Below, piece by piece: positions 19,575 to 27,255 of a stretch of 28,879 nt of DNA. Both the position numbers and the translations under genes were made by a program. This stretch comes from a virus (taxonomy: Duplodnaviria > Caudoviricetes). Below the pieces are notes generated by a model. That model was not told where the DNA came from. It made no database searches and worked only from the letters and a program-made list of their open reading frames with translations. The stretch covers positions 1 through 28,879 of the IMG/VR virus record IMGVR_UViG_3300012940_000086; one strand, written 5' to 3'. The stretch's first letter is position 1, and the number at the start of each line of letters is the position of its first letter.

Positions 19575-20476
19575 CACGGAAGTACCAGAACCTGACCCGG
19601 CTTGATCACATTCGGGTTGCCACCAATGACGGCTTTGTTAGCAGCGTAAAGCTGCTGCCATCCGCCGGGAACGCCGAACTGCTGAGCAATCTTAGAGAGA
19701 GAATCCCCAGGACGAACCGTGTACTTACGTGCAGGGGTAGGAGCACTCTCGGCCAGGATTGCATTGACTCGAGCTTGAACAGCACCGTAATCATACCCAG
19801 CCGCAGACAGACGACGCTGACGATCTGCGCCATTACCCCAGTTTCCGGCAATCACCTCGCGAGCGATCTGATCCAGCGTCTTGCTCGGGGCAGGGGTTGC
19901 TCCAGAGAGAATCGCGTTCACGCGAGCCTGAACTGCAGCATAGTCGTAACCCGCCGCTGTCAGACGCTGCTGACGCTCAGAACCGTTACCCCATTTACCC
20001 GCGATCACCTCGCGCGCGACCGCATCGACATCCTTACCAGGAGTAGGCGCCGGGTTCGGATTGTACGGCTGGATGCCGACAATCGCCGGGCGGTTACCAT
20101 TAGCGCGTGATCCACCCAGGAACTTTCGATTGTACTGACTGATTCGGGTGATCTTCACACCACGACCAAGATTCTCAACCATTCCGGACTTGTTCGCCGT
20201 GGCATTCACCATCAGATCGTCTCCGATTTTGACGGCGTCATGGCCAGGAGTGGAATACTCGAAGTAGAGGATTCCGCCAATCGGAACCTCCTCCGGAGTC
20301 TCGAACTCGAGGTTGGAAGCATCACAGGCCTCCTGAGCAGATCCGTATCCGCCAGGAGCCGGACGCCCCAGATAAGCCGAGATCATCAGACCGACGAAGT
20401 ACTGACACCATCCGGACAGATCCTGCTTTGTAGAGTTACGAAGCGCGATTAACGCCAGGTCTCGACCGTTAGGCAT
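19574..20476 (-). CDS. Endolysin: CHAP/NlpC-like Cys-His peptidase, 2x CW_7 (Cpl-7) repeats, LysM
   Basis: GWCQYFV...GHDAV catalytic motifs; two AREVIAG.WGNG..R..RL.AAGYDY.AVQARVN repeats; YTVRPGDSLSKIA...N.IKPGQVL LysM. Confidence 0.92.
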   Translation of the reverse strand: MPNGRDLALIALRNSTKQDLSGWCQYFVGLMISAYLGRPAPGGYGSAQEACDASNLEFETPEEVPIGGILYFEYSTPGHDAVKIGDDLMVNATANKSGMVENLGRGVKITRISQYNRKFLGGSRANGNRPAIVGIQPYNPNPAPTPGKDVDAVAREVIAGKWGNGSERQQRLTAAGYDYAAVQARVNAILSGATPAPSKTLDQIAREVIAGNWGNGADRQRRLSAAGYDYGAVQARVNAILAESAPTPARKYTVRPGDSLSKIAQQFGVPGGWQQLYAANKAVIGGNPNVIKPGQVLVLP

Positions 20477-20658
20477 TAGTCATCCTTTCCGTTATCGATG
20501 CTCTTAATACCCTCAGCATCACCCTCGGACTCCGGGACAAAGTCCTCAGAAACCTCAGAAGGAGCAACGTCGGGACTTGCATTCACTGGAGCCGCTTCCT
20601 GTTCTGCGTTGGGAGCGACCTCCACCGGAGTGGCAGGGGTAGGCTCGGATTCGGACAT
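20476..20658 (-). CDS. Small acidic low-complexity hypothetical protein
   Basis: 60 aa, AAAGGAG RBS, stop overlaps the endolysin ATG. Confidence 0.75.
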   Translation of the reverse strand: MSESEPTPATPVEVAPNAEQEAAPVNASPDVAPSEVSEDFVPESEGDAEGIKSIDNGKDD

Positions 20659-20672
20659 AGTTTTCTCCTTTT

Positions 20673-21107
20673 CTATCGACCCCAGAGTTTCGTGTCTCCG
20701 GGACGTCTCTCCACAGGAACTACTTGCCGAAGCTTGCTCCTGTCGCCAAAGTGGATCGCATTATGTGTGTCGAGAGTAACTGAGATCAAATACTCAGGAT
20801 TGAGTATGTCCTCACTACCTTCATCGATCTGCTTGGCGGTCATCGGGTTCATGTGGTGGATAATAATCTTATCGTAGATCTCACGCCCCGGAACTGCTAA
20901 GTCACATCCGAGATCCCTCGCAATGACGTCATTGCGAATGTTCTTCCATTCTCGCGAACGATAGAATGCCTGATTAATCCATCTGTCAAAACCAAAAGTA
21001 GATGTTCCAACACTACTTCGAAGCTGCAAATAATCAAATCTGTCTTCGAAGCTATCGAACTGAAGCATCTCATGGTATGACCTTTTATGGTCAGTCAAGA
21101 TACTCAT
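20673..21107 (-). CDS. HNH endonuclease (terminase-associated type)
   Basis: FYRSREWK..R..VIARD..C, IIHHMNP and L....HNAIH motifs; sits next to the TerS candidate. Start uncertain. Confidence 0.88.
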   Translation of the reverse strand: MSILTDHKRSYHEMLQFDSFEDRFDYLQLRSSVGTSTFGFDRWINQAFYRSREWKNIRNDVIARDLGCDLAVPGREIYDKIIIHHMNPMTAKQIDEGSEDILNPEYLISVTLDTHNAIHFGDRSKLRQVVPVERRPGDTKLWGR

Positions 21108-21435
21108 CCGGAATATCATCGCTCGGTCGGTACCCCGTAAAGGCCTCGATGGCCGCACGAGCTATCTCTTCGCTGTTAACACTGGATTGGATTGCCTCAA
21201 CTCGAGCACGAAGAAGTTCATTCTCCGCCCGAAGTTTATCTCGCTCGATCTCTTCACGAACCGTAGCGAGTTTAAGGTAATGTGTGATCACCTGTGCGGA
21301 CGCCGTTCCTTCCCGGAGTTGAATCTCAGCAAGATCCACTGCTAGGGATTTCAGCTGGTCTTCACGTTCCTGGATAGTTGTCGCCGGGGGACGTTTGCGT
21401 CCGACGTAAACTTCCTTAGGAATTTTTGCCGCCAT
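21091..21435 (-). CDS. Putative terminase small subunit
   Basis: 114 aa helical/coiled-coil protein with GGAGGTGA RBS, upstream of HNH and TerL. Function inferred from position only. Confidence 0.5.
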   Translation of the reverse strand: MAAKIPKEVYVGRKRPPATTIQEREDQLKSLAVDLAEIQLREGTASAQVITHYLKLATVREEIERDKLRAENELLRARVEAIQSSVNSEEIARAAIEAFTGYRPSDDIPDEYLD

Positions 21436-21465
21436 AGTTGATCACCTCCAAAATTGAAAATATGT

Positions 21466-21603
21466 GCAGAGTCCTCCTAAAGAACCACCAGACTTATAGC
21501 GTGGACCACCCCGTCCGAAGGTGAACACGCCTCTTGAAAGGAGAAAGGGTTGATGACGCCCATTTTTTTGTTTTAGCCTGGTGGTTCATCAGAAGGACTC
21601 TGC
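21466..21603 (-). ncRNA. Structured intergenic RNA (29-bp closing stem)
   Basis: Arms 21466-21494 and 21575-21603 pair at 28/29 positions on the minus strand, three of them G-U; inner hairpin at 21499-21530. Confidence 0.65.
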
Positions 21604-21609
21604 TCCACT

Positions 21610-22026
21610 CTAAGCGATAGAGCCGGCGCCATCCACGACGACTCGAATTTCGCTCGGTGCATTCTTTCCAAAAATGTCAGCGAGTGTAATCTGCTCTCCA
21701 GCGCGGAGCTTTCCTGCCAGAATGTGTTGCCTATCCTCGAGCTCATTAATGCGCTTGTCTTTCTCATCGAGAAGAGACTTTAAGCGATCGATGGTCTCTT
21801 GTTTGGTGCTGTTAGACTTCTCCAGCTCGATAATGGTTGCACGAAGTTCTTTTCTCTCAGCTCGAGCATCTTCAAGAAGCTGAGAAGCGAATTCATTACC
21901 TAGACGAGCAAGTTCATTCTGTGACTCAGGTGAGCGAGAACGCTTCGACACCAGAGTGAATATGCCGCTGATCAGACCACTGCTGAGAACAGCAGCGATA
22001 ATCGTCTGAAGAAGGTCAGGGTTCAT
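21610..22026 (-). CDS. Membrane-anchored coiled-coil protein (lysis accessory candidate)
   Basis: One N-terminal TM segment (IIAAVLSSGLISGIFTLV) followed by a coiled coil; ATGA overlap with the upstream gene. Confidence 0.75.
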   Translation of the reverse strand: MNPDLLQTIIAAVLSSGLISGIFTLVSKRSRSPESQNELARLGNEFASQLLEDARAERKELRATIIELEKSNSTKQETIDRLKSLLDEKDKRINELEDRQHILAGKLRAGEQITLADIFGKNAPSEIRVVVDGAGSIA

Positions 22027-22454
22027 ACATTAACCTTCTTTCGATGCGAACTGATAATAACAATTCGAACGAATATGAATGCGGCCACAGCATAGGAAAG
22101 TACAGCCAAATCCGATCCTCGATGGTCGACTGAAGTCACTACAAGGACGACTCGAACAATGAAGTAGGACACTGGTCCTGAAAGAGCTAGATAGAGTCCT
22201 GCGAGCTCAAGAGTTGTTCCTCGTTGAGAAGTTTTGATGAATTTTGATGTAGCCATCAACAGTCCAACAGCCGATACAATAAGGCCGAAAAATACAACGC
22301 CCGAGACAAGAAGAGTAAGAAAGAACTGCAATGCTTGACCGACTGGGCTGGAGGAAGCATTGACGAAGAATAAGACTGACCAAATGATCATCGCAAGCTT
22401 CGCATTGAGCCAAGCCCAATGGTCTGGTCGAAGTTTCTTAAGAGTAGATATCAT
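22023..22454 (-). CDS. Four-TM membrane protein (holin candidate)
   Basis: Four hydrophobic segments and a basic C-terminus (SHRKKVNV). Start moved to ATG 22454. Confidence 0.7.
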   Translation of the reverse strand: MISTLKKLRPDHWAWLNAKLAMIIWSVLFFVNASSSPVGQALQFFLTLLVSGVVFFGLIVSAVGLLMATSKFIKTSQRGTTLELAGLYLALSGPVSYFIVRVVLVVTSVDHRGSDLAVLSYAVAAFIFVRIVIISSHRKKVNV

Positions 22455-22465
22455 GTTTCCCCCGT

Positions 22466-22526
22466 AAAATAAAAGAGAGTGCAACAACGACGGAGATGGT
22501 CGTGAGAGACACCTCCGTCGTTGTTG
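22466..22526 (-). terminator. Intrinsic terminator
   Basis: Perfect 14-bp arms CAACAACGACGGAG (22482-22495 and 22513-22526), followed on the minus strand by CACTCTCTTTTATTTT. Confidence 0.75.
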
Positions 22527-22535
22527 GGGTCACTA

Positions 22536-22781
22536 CTAACTACTCGGTGCGAGAATTTTACGATCGCGAAGTGTCTGTAACAGAGTGTTGTAGTCTGCCA
22601 CAAGATCTTCAACCGTAGTTGCCTCGGAATCCGGAACATCCGGAAGAGTAGCGGAATCTGCGACGATCGGGAAAACCTGCTCGCCTCCTAAGAAGAAGGC
22701 AGTCTCGGTTAAACCCTGACTTGCGTCTAGGGAGACCGGAGTATCGATAACGTTGAACTGTTGAATGCGGTTAGCGCCCAT
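22536..22781 (-). CDS. Head fibre-like small virion protein
   Basis: C-terminal DSEATTVEDLVADYNTLLQTLRDRKILA resembles the phage head-fibre trimerisation motif. Confidence 0.65.
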   Translation of the reverse strand: MGANRIQQFNVIDTPVSLDASQGLTETAFFLGGEQVFPIVADSATLPDVPDSEATTVEDLVADYNTLLQTLRDRKILAPSS

Positions 22782-22810
22782 TATAGTTTCTTTCTCTTAA
22801 AAATTTAAAA

Positions 22811-23209
22811 CTAGGGGACAGTCACCCACTGGAGGGAACCGTCAACAGCCTGAAGCTGAAGAGTTCCCGAAGTGGACCAACCAGGAAGGGAGTTGAGAAT
22901 CAGGGGAATGAGTTCCTCAAGACCTCGCCAGTCTAGATTCTCGCCGTTGTAAGTAATAACTCCCCACATTGGGACCGAGGTTCCTGTAAACTGACGAAGG
23001 ACCCATTCAAGCGGACCGCGATTCCATTCACCTTCACTAGAATAAATAATTTCGTAATCTAGTGAAGGTTCTGGAAGAACGTCTCCACCTCCGCCGATCT
23101 CGACAGGGTTTCCATCCTGATCGAAGAAAGGCATCTGAGTAACACCCTGACTTGGCTCGATAGCTGTCTGAGTGGTGACAATCCGAACCTACTCAGTTCG
23201 GTTGCTCAT
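22811..23209 (-). pseudogene. Gene with in-frame amber codon at position 7 (nonsense allele, readthrough or sequencing error); N-terminus paralogous to 22536..22781
   Basis: AAAGGA RBS, ATG 23209, MSNRTE*VRIVTTQTAIEPSQGVTQMPFF..., continuous with the 107-aa ORF 22811..23134. Confidence 0.7.
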
Positions 23210-23239
23210 GTTAAGTATCCTTTAGAAATAGTTTCGAAA

Positions 23240-23500
23240 TTAGACAGGTTCCGAAGCAGGTGGGTTCGTTGTGAAAATACCCATACCTCGATCGAGGATT
23301 CGAACATCACTCGTTCCGTCAGAGACGACAAAAACAGAACTACGTGTTTCCCCCACGGTAAGAGCCTGACCCACTTGCAGTTCGATTCCGGTCTCGACTG
23401 TGACGCTGGAACCACCCACATAGAGTTTGTCGGGACCTAAGTTTTGAATAAGGTATGAGGACGAGCCGACCTCAACCGGGGTGTCCGTGATCTCAGCCAC
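23240..23500 (-). CDS. Small beta-rich hypothetical protein (first gene after the putative cos)
   Basis: 86 aa, GGAGGGAG RBS, GTG start, IQNLG...LYVGG..VT...GI.L..GQ.L pattern. Confidence 0.8.
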   Translation of the reverse strand: MAEITDTPVEVGSSSYLIQNLGPDKLYVGGSSVTVETGIELQVGQALTVGETRSSVFVVSDGTSDVRILDRGMGIFTTNPPASEPV

Positions 23501-23608
23501 GAAAGTGCTCCCTCCAAAAATAGTTGTGACCTACTCCGAACGAGTTAGGACACTCCTCAAAGGAGTTTCAACCCACTCAGGCAGACTTCGATGGTAGAAA
23601 CCTCCCAG

Positions 23609-23683
23609 AATTTGTCCCCCCGGGGGAATTTTCAGGAGGCGGGCGATGCGGGAGGGGGGTCATTTTTGCGAGACCCCCCTCCC
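23609..23683. other. Putative cos/genome-end junction
   Basis: CCCCCGGGGG palindrome (23617-23626), minus-strand CGCCCGCCT (23637-23645) and perfect 12-bp inverted repeat (23650-23661/23672-23683), in a non-coding gap between the RNAP module and the packaging/structural module. Confidence 0.65.
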
Positions 23684-23710
23684 CATCTGCTTTTAAGAAT
23701 TCCTAGATCT

Positions 23711-23953
23711 TCACGAAGGTTGTGGAACCTTACGATACAGACCTAAAACATTCTCTTTCACAATTTCATCAATTGCTGATTCTCTTGCATAATTCTGAAC
23801 AGCTTCTGACATGTCATCAGAGGACACTACTATTCTAGCCAGGAGGCTATTTGTAAAGTAGCCGTGGGACTCATCAAAGCTCAACCATTCATCGTACTCA
23901 GTGAAAGGATTGAACGGATTGTCCACGGTTGTAAGCATGTGTACAGGATCCAT
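23711..23953 (-). CDS. Small acidic hypothetical protein downstream of the RNAP gene
   Basis: 80 aa, GAAAGGAGAAAG RBS, MLTTVDNPFNPFTEYDEW motif. Confidence 0.85.
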   Translation of the reverse strand: MDPVHMLTTVDNPFNPFTEYDEWLSFDESHGYFTNSLLARIVVSSDDMSEAVQNYARESAIDEIVKENVLGLYRKVPQPS

Positions 23954-23974
23954 GTGTCTTTCTCCTTTCTCTGA

Positions 23975-26689
23975 TTACTTGAGAGCCTGATTCAGAGTAC
24001 TAACACTCACACCAAGAGCAGATGCGACCTCGGCTTGTGTATAGCCGGCGGCCAACATACTCTTTGCACGAGCGATGTATGCTGTCGTCATAGTGGGAGC
24101 GTTACGTGGAGTAGCAAGTTCTTTAATGCGGTCGAGGTCTGTGTTCTGCAGGATCTTTTGCAGAATGTTAGAACTAACTGCACCAGATTGAATTGCTTCC
24201 CATTCCCTATCACTAATCGTAATGGGGGTCTTTTGCGCACCTACACGGAGTCGAGCTTCCTCAAGAGCTTGATACTTGATTCTCTTAAGGTCATCTTTAT
24301 CGAGGCTTGGGTTAGCATCGGCCTTTGATTTAGCTATGGCGTTACCTACAACCTGCGCTACTCTCTCGAGGGGGGCGTTTTTGAGGGCCCGGTTAAGCTG
24401 GGCCTTCAAATGATCCACCTCGGGCTTGTATGTCGCTTTAGCAGAAGGATTAACCTTCATGGGTGGGGTATTAACCATCTCTTTACGGGCCCGGTTAGCA
24501 AGAGCTTTCATCTTGTTGGAGTAGTCCGCATAGATGAACTCGATCGGTGTACCTGGATCAGAGACAAGACTATAAGCATCCTTAGCTTCTGCAAGCTTTG
24601 TAGTGCGGATAGTCTTTAGCTTTTGTACTTCTGTGACTTCGCCTGTCTTCTTGTTCACCTTGTATGTGGGATAAGTCTCACCTGTCTCCACATACATCTT
24701 CTCGCCTGTGTTCTTATCAATGAACCCACCTTGTGCCGCAGGTCGCGGTTTACGGGCAGGCACGCGAAGATCAGAAGAGGCTCGAGAGATGAGCGTAGAA
24801 GCGCCGCTACGAACACTTCCCTGATAGTCCTTCTTCAGCTGAGCTATGTTGTTATCCAAATAAGACTGTTTATAGTTCAGCTCATGCTTCTCAGCGTCGA
24901 TCACCACCATTGAGTGCCGAACTGCTCGAGCTAGCTCGGCTTGTGTGGCTCCACCGATACTCATGTCAGTGATCAGGTTAGAGATGTTACCCATCTGATG
25001 CTGTTTCTCTGCAGCACTCATCACCTGCATTCCCTCATATTTGGGGTATGCCGTCTTAGGATCGAAATCCTTGAGTGCGGCAAGAGCAGGAGCGGTCTTC
25101 ACTCGACCCTGATTATTGGGAATGACAAGAACTGTATCTCCATCGAAATCCGCTCCTGAGAGACGGGCAGCAACATTAGAGTTGATACCTACAGCGTCAA
25201 TTGCATTCGGGATCAAACGACGAGCATCCTTGTTTTTGTTGTTCACCGTCAACTCGGGGATCTCAAAGATACCACCGTGGGGGTGCCTGACAAGAACGAC
25301 AGTCTCTCCGTTGTTGTAATTAGGAGCATAGATCTCGTTATCCTTCAGCGAATTAATCGGAAGGATGACATGGGTATTAGTACGAGGAAGTCCAGCTGCT
25401 TTCAAATGAACAGCAGAAGAGTCCGCCGAATCAGCGAAAGACTGAAGTAGCTTCTTCTTCACCTCAGGGTTGGTCAATCGAGAAATGCTGGCTAACTCGT
25501 TCTCCATCTGATCGTAACGCATGGCCAATTGCTCCTTAGCGAGAGCTGTCGGCTGCTTGGAAAGGAACTGAGAGGAGAATTTATTCGACCACTCACTCCA
25601 TTTTCCTTCTTCGTTAACGATGTTCAGAGCACCACTTTGACGCTGGATAGAAGATCCGAAAGGGTTATTAGGATCTGAAGTTTCCTGCTTCTTCATGGCC
25701 GCAAGCTTGATGTTTGGAGCCTTGCCATCGGCAACAGCTTTTTCCATCTCGGCTCTGGTTTTGTTCGTGTTGAAGCGAATATCTACACCATCCGGAAGGT
25801 CGTCGGCATACATCGCCATTCCCTTAAGATAGTGGGTTCCATCTACTGCAATACGAACCTGAGCATATCGAGCATTACCCAAAGAAATATCTTCGACGCC
25901 TCTACGCAACTCGATCACACCATCCGCATCAGATCCACCTTCATCGCCATATCTAACCATGACTCGCTTGGATTTGATATTGCTGGGGGGTTTGATCTTA
26001 GTGAAAGTTTCACCACCGTCTTCCGAGAAAGACTGAACAGTACGAATCTTATCACTATTCTGAGCGAATTCTTTGTATGTGACACCAGGCTCCACGAGGA
26101 CTTTATAGGTAGTCATCTCACCGGTTCCAAGCTGAGGCTTCTTGATAGGATATACGTTGTATCCCTCTTCACGAAGCATTTGCAAGGCAACCTTGAGCTG
26201 GGTGTCACTTACGCCAAGATAATGTTCTGTGCCTAGACCTACGTCAAGATACTTCTTATCTGCCACTTCCTGCTTGAGAACGTTGGCAGTCGAAGTCAAC
26301 CGATCGACTTTAGCTTGGGTTGAGGGCTTCAGTAAGTCACGAACAGAAGACTCGGGCTTCCCCATAATCTTACCAATCGCAACGTTAGAGAGTCCCTTTT
26401 CCTTCAGCTTGATTGCCTCAGAGATCTCAGCTTTCTGGACTTCATTCTTAGCGCTACTGTTGAGCGCACGGAAATATGTCGTAGACCAAGGTTTACCGTC
26501 GTCGGTATACAGACCCATACCGCGAGCAATCTCAGTATCACTGAGTCCCTGGGCACGCATCATAGCAACGTAACCAAGAAATCCCTTTGCGCTTTGATAC
26601 GGGTCTTTTCCAGACCCCCAGGGATAACGACCTGAGTGGCGTGGAGTACCAAAATGAGCTAGTTCATCCTCTGCAAGCTCAAAGCTCAC
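23975..26689 (-). CDS. Single-chain two-barrel RNA polymerase (YonO/QDE-1-like) with three HTH motifs
   Basis: Ordered motifs DADGVI, AQVRI....YLKG, VLVRHP (R468), LSGADFDGD (D514/516/518; nt 25136-25150), MGNISN, HSMVVIDAEK; HTHs near both termini. Confidence 0.85.
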   Translation of the reverse strand: MSFELAEDELAHFGTPRHSGRYPWGSGKDPYQSAKGFLGYVAMMRAQGLSDTEIARGMGLYTDDGKPWSTTYFRALNSSAKNEVQKAEISEAIKLKEKGLSNVAIGKIMGKPESSVRDLLKPSTQAKVDRLTSTANVLKQEVADKKYLDVGLGTEHYLGVSDTQLKVALQMLREEGYNVYPIKKPQLGTGEMTTYKVLVEPGVTYKEFAQNSDKIRTVQSFSEDGGETFTKIKPPSNIKSKRVMVRYGDEGGSDADGVIELRRGVEDISLGNARYAQVRIAVDGTHYLKGMAMYADDLPDGVDIRFNTNKTRAEMEKAVADGKAPNIKLAAMKKQETSDPNNPFGSSIQRQSGALNIVNEEGKWSEWSNKFSSQFLSKQPTALAKEQLAMRYDQMENELASISRLTNPEVKKKLLQSFADSADSSAVHLKAAGLPRTNTHVILPINSLKDNEIYAPNYNNGETVVLVRHPHGGIFEIPELTVNNKNKDARRLIPNAIDAVGINSNVAARLSGADFDGDTVLVIPNNQGRVKTAPALAALKDFDPKTAYPKYEGMQVMSAAEKQHQMGNISNLITDMSIGGATQAELARAVRHSMVVIDAEKHELNYKQSYLDNNIAQLKKDYQGSVRSGASTLISRASSDLRVPARKPRPAAQGGFIDKNTGEKMYVETGETYPTYKVNKKTGEVTEVQKLKTIRTTKLAEAKDAYSLVSDPGTPIEFIYADYSNKMKALANRARKEMVNTPPMKVNPSAKATYKPEVDHLKAQLNRALKNAPLERVAQVVGNAIAKSKADANPSLDKDDLKRIKYQALEEARLRVGAQKTPITISDREWEAIQSGAVSSNILQKILQNTDLDRIKELATPRNAPTMTTAYIARAKSMLAAGYTQAEVASALGVSVSTLNQALK

Positions 26690-27255
26690 GAGAATACCTC
26701 CACCTTCAGTTCCTCGAGAATACGATCAGCCGTAACGATACGATCCATGATATGCATGATCTCATCAACGTCGGGCTCGTATTCTTCAATCTGGTCATTC
26801 TGATAGATACGAAGAATATAATTGAGATCGGTGGCTTTGTATCCGTATTCCAGACAGAATAGCGCACAATAGACCAGAAGTTGGTCCATCTTAGCCTTTA
26901 CGATCACTCCGGTCTTCAAGTCATGAATACGGAGAAGCTTCTTCTTCTCATCAAAGTGTATGGCGTCTGCAGTACCGTAGCAATTGTAAGAGTAAAAAAG
27001 AATCTGTTCGGGTGTCATTCTGAAACCGATGGCATCATTGACATAGCTGTTCAAAGTCTGAGTAGTGTCAGGAAGCTTGATATGCAGCTGAATAAGTTCT
27101 TTTGCTACTTCATGCAGACGATCGCCTTTTTGCGCATTCAGTTTATTGAAGAAGGTATTAACTAGCTTGTCATCGCTATAGCGAATCCAGCTATAGTTAC
27201 TTGCGCTGAGAAACGCGTGGGTACCTACCAATTCCGAATGTGTGGCAAATTGCAT
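26686..27255 (-). CDS. PD-(D/E)XK nuclease (Cas4/RecB-like)
   Basis: HAFLSAS, G..LH, EQ.L, YGTADAI, IHDLKTG and QL.VY motifs; ATGA overlap with the RNAP start. Confidence 0.85.
   Translation of the reverse strand: MQFATHSELVGTHAFLSASNYSWIRYSDDKLVNTFFNKLNAQKGDRLHEVAKELIQLHIKLPDTTQTLNSYVNDAIGFRMTPEQILFYSYNCYGTADAIHFDEKKKLLRIHDLKTGVIVKAKMDQLLVYCALFCLEYGYKATDLNYILRIYQNDQIEEYEPDVDEIMHIMDRIVTADRILEELKVEVFS

Noticed and set aside
22811-23209. Genome-wide TAG-to-Gln recoding
   Set aside because: TAG is a true stop at 10408, 11891 and 22811, long genes have no internal TAG, and no suppressor tRNA was seen in the window.
23164-23584. 11/12 inverted repeat (23164-23175 and 23573-23584) flanking the 86-aa gene
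   Set aside because: Short, one arm lies in probable coding sequence, and no recombinase is present; compatible with chance.
23520-23590. Hammerhead ribozyme-like CUGA...GAAAC...GU pattern
   Set aside because: Core reads CUGAGUG rather than CUGANGA, there is no stem II, and the cleavage triplet would be GUG.
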